In this document: positions 47,591-56,616 of the stretch, piece by piece
Position numbering within the stretch: the stretch's first letter is position 1
Layout: each line of letters begins with the position of its first letter
NCBI GenBank assembly: GCA_963758245.1
Contig: CAVWUV010000014.1
Span: 127,729 to 191,728, forward strand
Length of the DNA: 64,000 bases
Source of the DNA: an uncultured Acidobacteriaceae bacterium
GTDB lineage: Bacteria; Acidobacteriota; Terriglobia; Bryobacterales; Bryobacteraceae
Reading direction: 5' to 3'
Program-made: the position numbers and the translations under genes
Notes under the pieces: model-generated
Seen by the model: only the letters and a program-made list of their open reading frames with translations
Databases searched by the model: none
What the model was told of the DNA's origin: nothing

Positions 47591-50264
47591 TCCTTGTTTG
47601 ATGGTAGCCTTTCAGGAAATTTGCCACTGCCGGTTGGACAATCGCTGCCCGTGCGCTGCATAGCCGGATGCGCTCGAGGGTGTTCGCCAGGTTGCGCGCT
47701 CCTCCGGGAAGCGCGGAGATGCGGCTTTGAAAGAACGTCTCCACCTGATCGCGGTGCTGTGCATCACAAAACCCCGAGGCGGTCAGTGGGAGAACCGCGC
47801 CAAATGGTATGCCCCTTGCGCCGGGAAGAGTCGAGTTCAGCTGATCGAAGTGTTGCTGGACAAAGTTCCAGACGAGGTCGCGCGTTTCGCGGGGAGCGCC
47901 GTAGAGAGTGTATTGGAGCTCCCGGGGGTCGATACCGGTACCAAAGAGAAGATCGAGAGCTGAGCGGAGAATCGCAGGGTCACGGAAGGAGGATAGCGCA
48001 TCGATCATCCACTGCCGTTCGCGCTGCACTTTATCTTTTTTGATTTCATTCACCAGAAGATCGAAGAAAGCGCGATCGCCGTTCCACGCTACCGTGGAGA
48101 GCACAGGCGCTACCATATCGGGATCGATTCCCCGCCGGTCTTTCAGCCATTCGTGCGCGAGCGCCGTCGCTTGAGACTGCAGATCAGAATCTTGACCCTC
48201 CGTCGCAACCAGCGGAACAATTTCCATTCGAAGAAGGCGAGTCTCTTGGGATTCGCCAGTACGTGGGTTCCAGCCTAGCTCCCGGGCGCGCGCCTGATAC
48301 AAAGAGCGAATGAGCTCGGCATACTCGTCGCGCTGTTCCGCTGGAACAAGATCCCTGATGCCGCCAATGCTCGCTGCAGCTTGGCGGACGACGCCGGGAT
48401 CGGAGCTCCGGCTGAATGTACTCAAAAACGCGAGCTCCTGAGTTGGGTTGCCTGCCCCCGACGAAAACAGGAGCTGGACATTGCGCAAGGCCGCTGCCGT
48501 TTCATCCGGCCTTAGTTCCGGAAGCGCCTTGCTGACGAGCTCTTCTGTCGATTGCGGCTCGTACTCGACGGCGTAATAACCGGCCGCATTCGCGTCGGCG
48601 AAGAACGAGGTCGGACACTCTTTGGCTTCTATCTTAAAGTTCTCAGACGATTTTGAAAGCAGATTGCATTGGCGATGCACCTGCCCGGCATCTTTCCAGA
48701 CACTACAGACGGGCACCCTCCACACCGCGTCTGCGTTTCCTGGCGAGCCTGCCGGAAGAAAACGCTTCTGCTCCATTTGGAGCATGGTTTGATTCTTGGA
48801 GACCGCGCCCATCGACTCGGAAAGGCACAAAAGCTTGGCTTTCACAAATGGAAAGCCGACTTGGTCCAGAAAGGAAGAGAATGCTGCGCCAATACCTGAG
48901 CCGGCAATTTGATCTATTGCTGCAAGAAGATCAGCGGAAGTCGCGTTCCCCCAGGCGTGCTGCCGAAGATACAGGCGAATCGCGCTTTGAAACTTTTCGG
49001 GACCTACATAGTTCTCGAACATCCCGATTACTGCTTCACCCTTTCCGTAGGTTATGCCGTCGAACGCATTGGCAATATCGCCGGGCGCTTCAATCGGCTG
49101 GCGAATCTTTCGCGCGGTTGTCAGGCTATCCGCTCGCATGATCCCGGTGGATCTTGCGGCATCGGTCCTCAACTGCCACTCCGGTTTCCACTCGTCAAGC
49201 AGCTTGGTAGAAAGCCAGCTCGCGAAGGCCTCGTTCAGCCAGATGTCGTCCCACCAGGCAGTCGTAACTAAGTCGCCGAACCATTGATGAGACATCTCGT
49301 GCTCCATAGTCGCGGCGCGCCCGCGTTGCCGTAGCTCGCTGTCCTCCTGCTTAGGTGACAGCAGAAAATCACCATAGGCGATGAGTCCGGCATTTTCCAT
49401 CGCGCCCCACGAAGTCGTGAGCGGCACCACAATCTGATCCAGCTTCTGGTACGGGTACGGCGTGCCGAAGTAGCTCTCGAGCATTCCGATGAGCTTCGGC
49501 GTTATCGAAACGGCATACGCTGCTTCCGCTGCGCGGCCTCGCGGTACGACGACCCGGCTTGGTGTGTGGTTCTTACCGACCGGATCTGTCTCGACGATAT
49601 CGAACGGTCCGGCAGCGAAGGCAATAAGGTACGAGGGCAGCGGCCTTGTTTGCTCGAAGCGGACCGCTTTCATTCCATTCGCCTCCTCCTGCTCTGAAGC
49701 GATCGGCGTGTTCGAAAATGCCTTGAGCGCCTTTGGGACGTGCAGCGTTAACTGCCAGGGCGTTTTGAAGGAGGGTTCATCAAAACACGGGAAAACGCGC
49801 CGCGCGGTCACCGGCTCGAATTTGGTGAAAATGTACCAATCATTCCCCTGCTTCTGCTGGAATGCCCCGTCGGTGAGCGTGCGGCTTATCTCTCCCGCGT
49901 AGCTGATCCGCAACAGAGCATTACCGGGCGGCAAATTTTTGGAAAATGTGACTGCAACAAAATCGTTTGCGGCCTGGTCGATGCTCGCTATCTGTTCCGT
50001 GCCGCCGGCGCGGATGCTGGCTTCGCGAAACGTAAGCGATTTGCCATGCAACCAGACGGTCGAAACGGGCTGGAGGATGTTCAACTCAATTTCAACAGTA
50101 CCGGTGAACTGGTCTTCGCCAGGAATCATTCGCAGATCCGCGGAATAGCGTACCGGACGCACGGTCCCAGGCAATCTCAGTTTGGGCGGATCGGGTGCGG
50201 CGTAACTATGAATAAGTACAGAGCAAGAGAAAACGAGCAGCGAGATAGCCGAGCGAACGTTCAC
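47553..50264 (-). CDS. Secreted M1-family aminopeptidase (aminopeptidase N-like) with an ERAP1-like C-terminal domain
   Basis: Signal peptide. GAMEN exopeptidase motif and HEMSHQWFGD-x18-E zinc site (WLNEAFA). 903 aa. Its 3' end overlaps the ftsY start by 38 nt. Confidence 0.9.
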   Translation of the reverse strand: MNVRSAISLLVFSCSVLIHSYAAPDPPKLRLPGTVRPVRYSADLRMIPGEDQFTGTVEIELNILQPVSTVWLHGKSLTFREASIRAGGTEQIASIDQAANDFVAVTFSKNLPPGNALLRISYAGEISRTLTDGAFQQKQGNDWYIFTKFEPVTARRVFPCFDEPSFKTPWQLTLHVPKALKAFSNTPIASEQEEANGMKAVRFEQTRPLPSYLIAFAAGPFDIVETDPVGKNHTPSRVVVPRGRAAEAAYAVSITPKLIGMLESYFGTPYPYQKLDQIVVPLTTSWGAMENAGLIAYGDFLLSPKQEDSELRQRGRAATMEHEMSHQWFGDLVTTAWWDDIWLNEAFASWLSTKLLDEWKPEWQLRTDAARSTGIMRADSLTTARKIRQPIEAPGDIANAFDGITYGKGEAVIGMFENYVGPEKFQSAIRLYLRQHAWGNATSADLLAAIDQIAGSGIGAAFSSFLDQVGFPFVKAKLLCLSESMGAVSKNQTMLQMEQKRFLPAGSPGNADAVWRVPVCSVWKDAGQVHRQCNLLSKSSENFKIEAKECPTSFFADANAAGYYAVEYEPQSTEELVSKALPELRPDETAAALRNVQLLFSSGAGNPTQELAFLSTFSRSSDPGVVRQAAASIGGIRDLVPAEQRDEYAELIRSLYQARARELGWNPRTGESQETRLLRMEIVPLVATEGQDSDLQSQATALAHEWLKDRRGIDPDMVAPVLSTVAWNGDRAFFDLLVNEIKKDKVQRERQWMIDALSSFRDPAILRSALDLLFGTGIDPRELQYTLYGAPRETRDLVWNFVQQHFDQLNSTLPGARGIPFGAVLPLTASGFCDAQHRDQVETFFQSRISALPGGARNLANTLERIRLCSARAAIVQPAVANFLKGYHQTRNGHSDAFWLGSR

Positions 50265-50354
50265 CCTGCCATCATAGGCCGTACTGCCGGTAAGGCGCTA
50301 TCGCCGAACTGCTTAAGATATACAGCGGCGTCATTTCCAAGCATACTGGCGGTA

Positions 50355-51560
50355 ATGAGCGCCGCATTTCACGACACTGTTGATCCACCGCTCCCCGATT
50401 GGCCTGCTACGTTCAACGAAAAAAGTGTGAGATCAGGCTCTTCGTGGCACCTCCTGCCCGCAGCATTGGCGATGGGGATTGCCATGAACGTGCTATTGCC
50501 ATCCTGGGCGGGCGTCCTTTCCTCGACCGTGACCCTTGGAAATGTCACCGGGTTGAGCGCGCTCATCGCAGCCCTTGTCGCCGCAATTGTTTTGCATGAA
50601 AGCGGACACCTCGTTGCTGCGCTTTTGATGAAGTTCGAGATTCTAGGGGGCTCGCTCGGGCCAATTCGCGTGACTCGGATTCACGGGGAATGGATAATAC
50701 AGTTCTCAGCGCGAAGATTTCTTTCGGGATCCATCTCGGCCATTCCCCGAACCGGCGAATGCTGGCGCAGGCGGATGCTGCTGGTTGTCGCGGGTGGTCC
50801 GGCCGCAACTTTCCTGACGGGCGCCGTCTCCGCCTTGATGCTTTCCCTGAATCCAACCGAGGGGTGGCTTAACAGCTTCTTTGGCGCACTGACACAATTC
50901 AGCTTTTTCCTTTTTGTTCTTGGCCTGATTCCGAACGGGTCTGAAGCGCAGGTGAGAAACGACGCGCGCCTGTTCGTTTCGCTCCGACACAATACTCCCG
51001 AGGCACAGGAAATTCTGCTGTATCACCTGGTCACGCAACTGTCACTCGCGGGATTGAGGCCGCGCGATTACCCGGAGCGCTTGATAAGAAGAATAGCCAT
51101 TGCACGAGGCAGGCCGGACATTAGTTCGGTGTATGCGCACACAATCGTGCTATGGGCAATGGATCGCGCAGACTTGACAACTGCCGCGGCCTGGGATGCC
51201 AGGATGGTCGAGCTTAGCCATTCGTGCGAGCTGCGCTTGCGAAATCTCGCGCTTGCCAGATCCGCCTGCTTTCATTTGTTGTTCGATGAGGAGTTCGCCG
51301 CGGCCAGAAGCAAGTTCGCGAACGTAAATTGTGAAATGCTTTCGCCGCCTTGGTTTATGCATAAAGCGAAAGCCGCGCGATGGCTCGCTTTGGGCAATAT
51401 CCCGGAAGCTCTGGCCGAGGTATCGCGCGCCCAGTATGCGTTTCCGAAAAGTTTGCCGTACTACGAGTTTGAGAGGATGCTGTTAAGCCGAATACATCGA
51501 AAAGCATTAGCTGTGCAATCCAAACCGGCGCCCGTGTCCTATATCAGCCACGCAGCCTGA
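50355..51560 (+). CDS. Membrane metalloprotease-like protein (M50/site-2-protease-type HExxH in a TM helix) with a helical C-terminal domain
   Basis: The start is taken at the ATG at 50355. The upstream part of the ORF runs antisense into the aminopeptidase gene. LHESGHLVAAL lies within a hydrophobic helix, and a second TM region has LIPNGS...ND. The C-terminal half is helical repeat-like. Confidence 0.5.
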   Translation: MSAAFHDTVDPPLPDWPATFNEKSVRSGSSWHLLPAALAMGIAMNVLLPSWAGVLSSTVTLGNVTGLSALIAALVAAIVLHESGHLVAALLMKFEILGGSLGPIRVTRIHGEWIIQFSARRFLSGSISAIPRTGECWRRRMLLVVAGGPAATFLTGAVSALMLSLNPTEGWLNSFFGALTQFSFFLFVLGLIPNGSEAQVRNDARLFVSLRHNTPEAQEILLYHLVTQLSLAGLRPRDYPERLIRRIAIARGRPDISSVYAHTIVLWAMDRADLTTAAAWDARMVELSHSCELRLRNLALARSACFHLLFDEEFAAARSKFANVNCEMLSPPWFMHKAKAARWLALGNIPEALAEVSRAQYAFPKSLPYYEFERMLLSRIHRKALAVQSKPAPVSYISHAA

Positions 51561-51692
51561 CTCTCCCTGCGACCGCGAGACAGCAGTCTGAAACGTATCC
51601 GGCTGGGCGGCGGTCCAAATTAGTGGAGGAATTCGGAACGCGAGGGCAAGTCGTTTTCAGCCTGTGTCCAGATGGTATGAAAGAGTGTCCCG

Positions 51693-53132
51693 ATGACTCT
51701 GTCAGCCCAGACAAATACAAGGCGGCGTTTAGCTCTTCTGTTTTCAGTTCCGCTGGCGTTTAGTCTTGTTTTCTTCTTTGTCAACTTAGCGGCTGAACGA
51801 ACAGACATCCACCTCCTGAAGGTTCAGAATCTCTCCTCGAGCATCATCCAGCTTCGTTCACTTGCTAAGGATGCTGAGTCGGGCGAGCGGGGTTTCCTGC
51901 TGACGGGCGATGACCGTTACTTGATGCCGCTGCAGCAAGCTAACGAATCGTTGCCAAACCAGATCTCCGCCTGTCTCGATTACGCGAAGGAATGGCCGGA
52001 GCTGCTCGGTCCGGTACTGAAACTGACTGGGCTGGTAAGGAAGAGATTTGACGAGGCGAACGAGGTACTTCGAATCCAGAGCGCGAAAGGATTCGGGGCT
52101 GCGCTCGATTACACAAGATCAGGCAAATCCGAACAAACGATGAACGACATCCGGCGTGTCTCCGACGACCTGCAATCCAAATTGAATTTGGAGGAGCGAG
52201 GTTATCTGGATAGCGAGGCAGCCCTCAATAAAAGAGGATTCATCTTTTTTCTCCTGAGCACTATGGTGATGATCATAGTCTTAGCGTGGCTCTATCATGT
52301 GCTGCTATCGCATTTGTATGAGCGTGATGAAGCACAGCGGCAGCTGCAGATACTGAACGCTGAACTGGAGGCGCGTATTGATGAACGCACGCATGACCTG
52401 ACGGAAGCCAACCAGGAACTGGGCCAATTCGCTTACGTGGCGAGTCATGATCTGCAAGAGCCGCTGCGGACGATCACCAGCTTCACCCAGTTGCTGGCCA
52501 GCCGGTATAAAGGACGTCTTGACGAAGACGCGGACGAATTCATCGGCTATATCGTGGCATCTTCACGCAGGATGACTGATTTGATCAACGGTTTACTGGC
52601 CCTGGTGAGGCTGCGTAAGAGCGGCCAGCAAACTGCGCCGGTGCCCTTCGAAAAGCTGCTCGAGGAAGCTGAGATCAGCCTTCAAGCCGCCATTCGCGAC
52701 AATCAGGCACGAATTGAACACAGCTCGCTTCCAGCTCTTGTCGTCGATAAAGTGCAGTTCTCGCAGGTGCTACAGAACTTGATCTCGAATGGTATTAAAT
52801 ACCGGCGTGAAGAGCAACCGCTCATTCGGATAGACGCGAAGCGAGACTCGAGCAACTGGATCTTTTCCATTGCGGATAACGGCCGCGGATTCAATCAGCA
52901 ATTTGCAGAACGAATTTTCGGTCTTTTCCAGCGTCTGCACGGACGTGACGTCGAAGGGACTGGAATGGGCCTTTCCATTGCCAAGAAAATAGTTGAACGC
53001 CATGGAGGCCGAATTTGGGCTGAGTCCGTCGAAGGGACAGGATCGACTTTCTACTTCAGCCTGCCGGTGAGTCTCGAGGTATCGAGACAAGCGGCAGAGG
53101 ATCAGATCTCACCGGCAGTCGCGCGGACGTAG
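51693..53132 (+). CDS. Sensor histidine kinase with an N-terminal CHASE3 domain
   Basis: TM1, then a CHASE3-like periplasmic region (ESGERGFLLTGDDRYLMPLQQA), TM2 and a coiled coil. HisKA H-box FAYVASHDLQEPLRTI. HATPase N, G1 and G2 boxes (NGIKY, DNGRGF, GTGMGLSI). No adjacent response regulator. Confidence 0.88.
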   Translation: MTLSAQTNTRRRLALLFSVPLAFSLVFFFVNLAAERTDIHLLKVQNLSSSIIQLRSLAKDAESGERGFLLTGDDRYLMPLQQANESLPNQISACLDYAKEWPELLGPVLKLTGLVRKRFDEANEVLRIQSAKGFGAALDYTRSGKSEQTMNDIRRVSDDLQSKLNLEERGYLDSEAALNKRGFIFFLLSTMVMIIVLAWLYHVLLSHLYERDEAQRQLQILNAELEARIDERTHDLTEANQELGQFAYVASHDLQEPLRTITSFTQLLASRYKGRLDEDADEFIGYIVASSRRMTDLINGLLALVRLRKSGQQTAPVPFEKLLEEAEISLQAAIRDNQARIEHSSLPALVVDKVQFSQVLQNLISNGIKYRREEQPLIRIDAKRDSSNWIFSIADNGRGFNQQFAERIFGLFQRLHGRDVEGTGMGLSIAKKIVERHGGRIWAESVEGTGSTFYFSLPVSLEVSRQAAEDQISPAVART

Positions 53133-53147
53133 TATTTACAATCCTGG

Positions 53148-54749
53148 TTAATGCGCGGCAGCGGCGCGTCCCGGCTGCGTTTTCTTCATTAAGAATACGA
53201 GCGGCACCAACGCCCCAAACACAATTCCGAGGAGCCAAAAACAATCTATGTAGGAAAGCGTATCGGCTTGACGCTGTAGCGTTCGCATTAGCAAGGCGTA
53301 GGGACCATTCGCGCTGTTCCCGTGCCCGAGTGCCTGAGATGCCAAATTCAAAGCTTGATTGAACTGCGGATTCAACGCGCTGGCGTGCTCCGTCAGCCGT
53401 ACTTGATGGAATTGAGAGCGACGGTCGAGGATCGTGATTACCATCGCGATACCCAGACTGCCGCCAATGTTGCGCGCCAGGTTGATAAGGCCGGAGGCCG
53501 CGTTGTTCTTGTTAGGAGGAACAAAAGCATACGCCGCTGTATTGATGGGCACGAACAAAAACGCCAGGCCGGCTGCCTGGAAACAACGAGCAATAACGGC
53601 GTATTTAAAATCCATGTAGATATCGAAGTTGGTCATGTGGATGAGCGCCAGCGAAGTGATCACCAATCCAACACCAATCATCCAGCGTGATTCCACTTTG
53701 CTCAGCAGGAAACCCACCATCGGCAGCATACCCATGACCAGCAGTCCTCCGGGGGAGATGGCAAGTCCCGCCTGCGTTGCTGAATAACCCATCACCAATT
53801 GCAGGTACTGCGGAATGAGAACAGTACTCCCGAGCAGCACGACACCCACCATGAACATCAAAAAGGCGGAGATTCCGAAATTACGATTCTTCAGCAGGCT
53901 GAGATCTACCACCGGATCCTTCTGTTTCAGTTCCCAATACACGGCGAATATGAGGCCGAATGCTGAAATAAAAGCGCACGCGCGAATGAAATTGGACGCC
54001 CACCAATCATCGCGCTCGCCTTTATCGAGGACGATTTGAAGAAAGCCGAGACCGAGCGCGACGAAGATGATTCCCCAATAGTCGACTTTCAGCTTCGATT
54101 TCAGCTTTTGCAAGCGCTCGTCGACGAAGTATGGTGGATCCTCCAACATGAAGCTGGTCAAGATGAGAGAGAGGATGCCAACCGGAATATTGATGAAGAA
54201 GATCCAGCGCCAACTGGAGTTGTCTGTGATCCATCCGCCGAGCGTGGGGCCGATCGCAGGCGCCGTTACCACCGCTACGCCATAAATCGCGAACGCCATG
54301 CCGCGTTGCTGAGGAAGAAATGTGTCAGCCAGTATCGCCTGTTCGCTAGGCTGAAGACCGCCGCCGCCGATCCCCTGTAGCACCCGAAACAGCACCAGCA
54401 ATCCAAGTGTCGGAGCTATGCCGCAAAGAAACGAGCTGACGGTAAATACGGCCACGCAGGTCATATAGAAGCGCTTGCGCCCCAGCAAAAGAGAAAGCCA
54501 TCCACTCAGCGGCAAGATGATGGCGTTCGAGACCAGATAAGAGGTGAGGACCCAGGTTGCTTCGTCTTCACTGGCCGACATGCCGCCGGCAATATGCGGC
54601 AAAGCGACGTTCGCAATGCTCGTATCCAGCACTTCCATGAAGCTGGCCAGAGTCACGGTGAGAGCGATCAGCCACGGATTAAACCTGGGTCTCCATTGAG
54701 GGTGCGAAGGCTGACCGGCGCTCGCGGCGTTGATCGAATCCTTTGGCAT
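53148..54749 (-). CDS. MFS transporter, DHA2 (EmrB/QacA, 14-TM) family
   Basis: 533 aa. LDTSIANVALPHI motif near TM1, and 14 hydrophobic segments. Encoded 6 nt downstream of an HlyD-family gene. Confidence 0.9.
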   Translation of the reverse strand: MPKDSINAASAGQPSHPQWRPRFNPWLIALTVTLASFMEVLDTSIANVALPHIAGGMSASEDEATWVLTSYLVSNAIILPLSGWLSLLLGRKRFYMTCVAVFTVSSFLCGIAPTLGLLVLFRVLQGIGGGGLQPSEQAILADTFLPQQRGMAFAIYGVAVVTAPAIGPTLGGWITDNSSWRWIFFINIPVGILSLILTSFMLEDPPYFVDERLQKLKSKLKVDYWGIIFVALGLGFLQIVLDKGERDDWWASNFIRACAFISAFGLIFAVYWELKQKDPVVDLSLLKNRNFGISAFLMFMVGVVLLGSTVLIPQYLQLVMGYSATQAGLAISPGGLLVMGMLPMVGFLLSKVESRWMIGVGLVITSLALIHMTNFDIYMDFKYAVIARCFQAAGLAFLFVPINTAAYAFVPPNKNNAASGLINLARNIGGSLGIAMVITILDRRSQFHQVRLTEHASALNPQFNQALNLASQALGHGNSANGPYALLMRTLQRQADTLSYIDCFWLLGIVFGALVPLVFLMKKTQPGRAAAAH

Positions 54750-54755
54750 TCGCCG

Positions 54756-56108
54756 TCAGTAAGCGTTGTTGGTGCCGCTGTTCAACAGCACCGTGGGCGT
54801 TACAGACATACCCGGCAGAAGCAGGTGATCACGGTTTTCACCTGGCTCGAGGACGATTTTGACCGGTACGCGTTGCACAACTTTCACATAATTGCCTGTG
54901 GCGTTTTCGGGCGGTAGCAGACTGAATCTAGCTCCCGAAGCTGCGGCGATGCTGTCGATATGACCGCGGTATTTGCGGCTGCTGCCATAGGTGTCCACTT
55001 CAATGTCAACCTTTTGCCCAACCCGCATCTTCCTGAGCTGAGTTTCCTTGAAGTTCGCCGTGACCCAGATGTTATCCAATGGCACCAACGCCATGATCTG
55101 CTGGCCGGGCGACACCTGCATTCCCGGCTCGGCGTTTTTGCGGCTGACTACTCCATCCGCGGAAGCCCGGAGAATCGTGTATTGAAGGTTCAGCTGTGCC
55201 TGCTCGAGATCGGCCTGGCGCTGCTGCGCTTGAGCTTGTGCCTGTTTAAATCGAGCCTCGCTAACTGCTTCCTGCCTCGCCCTGATCTGTTCGCTTTGCC
55301 GCTGCTGCACCATGGCAGTCGCGACCCTTGCCCTGGCTTGATTCAACTGCGCCAAAGCCTGATCCACGTTATGCTGCGCTTCCCCGATATCGGCCTTCGC
55401 CGTTTGCACTTCTGCCGCGTTTGCGTCCGCGGCGGCGATTGCGGAGTCGTAATCCTGCTTCGAAATCTCGTCCTTTTCGACCAGGTCTTTCATCCGCCCC
55501 AGGTCCTTTTGCGCTTTAGCGTAGTTCGCTTGTTTTTCAGCGAGCGAAGCGTCTGCGGAGTTCAACCGCGCGCGTGCCGCATCTACTCCCTGCTGGGCCG
55601 AAGCAACACCCGCGCGTGCTTCCTCGACTTGCGAAAGACTTGTACTCACCTGGCTGCGCGTGTTGATGGATGTAATGGGAACATTTTCCTGCGATTCCGA
55701 TGTATTCGCCTGAGAGCTGGTCAACTGAGCCTGCGCCTGTTGAAACGCAACCTGATAATCCGCAGGATCGAGCCGGACCAATTCCTGCCCGGCCTTCACC
55801 GGTTGATTGTCGTTAACCAGGACCGAGATGATGGTGCCGGCAATGCGCGGGCTGACCGGTATGACGTGTCCGTCGACCTGAGCGTCATCGGTGGACTCGC
55901 GGACTGAATAGTAGGCGTAGACGGGAATCGCGACGATGGCGGCAACAACCAGCAGGGCCAAGATGACGAAACGAATGGTTCTTTTGCGCCTCGGATTCGC
56001 TGGCTTCTTTCGTGGAGCATCCTCGCCGGTGTTCTGAGGCCGGCCTTGTTGGGATCCTTGGCCTGGATTGGGTGCTTCTTGATTCTGCTGTTCTTGCTCG
56101 ACAGGCAT
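54756..56108 (-). CDS. HlyD/EmrA-family membrane fusion protein
   Basis: Low-complexity N-terminus, a single TM helix, a lipoyl/barrel-sandwich segment (VSPRIAGTIISVLV.DNQPVKAGQELVRLD), a long A/Q-rich coiled coil, and a C-terminal beta-barrel. Confidence 0.9.
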   Translation of the reverse strand: MPVEQEQQNQEAPNPGQGSQQGRPQNTGEDAPRKKPANPRRKRTIRFVILALLVVAAIVAIPVYAYYSVRESTDDAQVDGHVIPVSPRIAGTIISVLVNDNQPVKAGQELVRLDPADYQVAFQQAQAQLTSSQANTSESQENVPITSINTRSQVSTSLSQVEEARAGVASAQQGVDAARARLNSADASLAEKQANYAKAQKDLGRMKDLVEKDEISKQDYDSAIAAADANAAEVQTAKADIGEAQHNVDQALAQLNQARARVATAMVQQRQSEQIRARQEAVSEARFKQAQAQAQQRQADLEQAQLNLQYTILRASADGVVSRKNAEPGMQVSPGQQIMALVPLDNIWVTANFKETQLRKMRVGQKVDIEVDTYGSSRKYRGHIDSIAAASGARFSLLPPENATGNYVKVVQRVPVKIVLEPGENRDHLLLPGMSVTPTVLLNSGTNNAY

Positions 56109-56209
56109 ATCTCCTGCTTCACTCCTGGACCGTAGTTGGATTCGAGGTGATTTGGTAAAGTTCCTAATTTATTTGTACGCCTTGGCAGCCTGTAAAATCG
56201 AAACTGACC

Positions 56210-56560
56210 ATGCGAACTCTAGTGCGTGCTATGTCCCTGTGGCTGGCCTTCGGGTGCCTGGGACGCGCCGCTGAAATTCAGGGCGTGATTGCCGACTGGA
56301 ACTGCACGGCTGCCATGGTGCGTGACGGCCGGGAGAAAACTTTGAAACGGAAACGCGCCTGCTCTCTCATGAAGAACTTTAACAGGTCTGGATACGGGTT
56401 AATCACCGATGACAAGAAGTTCTACAGGCTCGACGACAATGGGAACAAGCAGGCCCGTCTGCTTTTGAAGAACTCGCCTGACAAGGATAATCTTCGGGTA
56501 ATAGTAACTGGCGAAGTTGAAGGGGACGCCATGAAAGTTACAAACATGAGCCTGCTATAG
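56210..56560 (+). CDS. Small secreted hypothetical protein
   Basis: 116 aa with signal peptide MRTLVRAMSLWLAFGCLGRAAE. No recognisable motif. It ends 56 nt upstream of the ASK1-N-like gene. Confidence 0.5.
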   Translation: MRTLVRAMSLWLAFGCLGRAAEIQGVIADWNCTAAMVRDGREKTLKRKRACSLMKNFNRSGYGLITDDKKFYRLDDNGNKQARLLLKNSPDKDNLRVIVTGEVEGDAMKVTNMSLL

Positions 56561-56616
56561 CGTCTCGTATCGTTTAAGTAAGTCTTACTCCAGAAACCTT
56601 AAACCGAGGATTACAT

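Noticed and set aside
54960-55907. 315-aa ORF antisense to the HlyD/EmrA-like gene. Similar cases are 47303..48043 and 9483..9992.
   Set aside because: These are shadow ORFs of well-supported genes. They are L/R-rich because they read the antisense of the A/Q-rich coiled-coil coding sequence.
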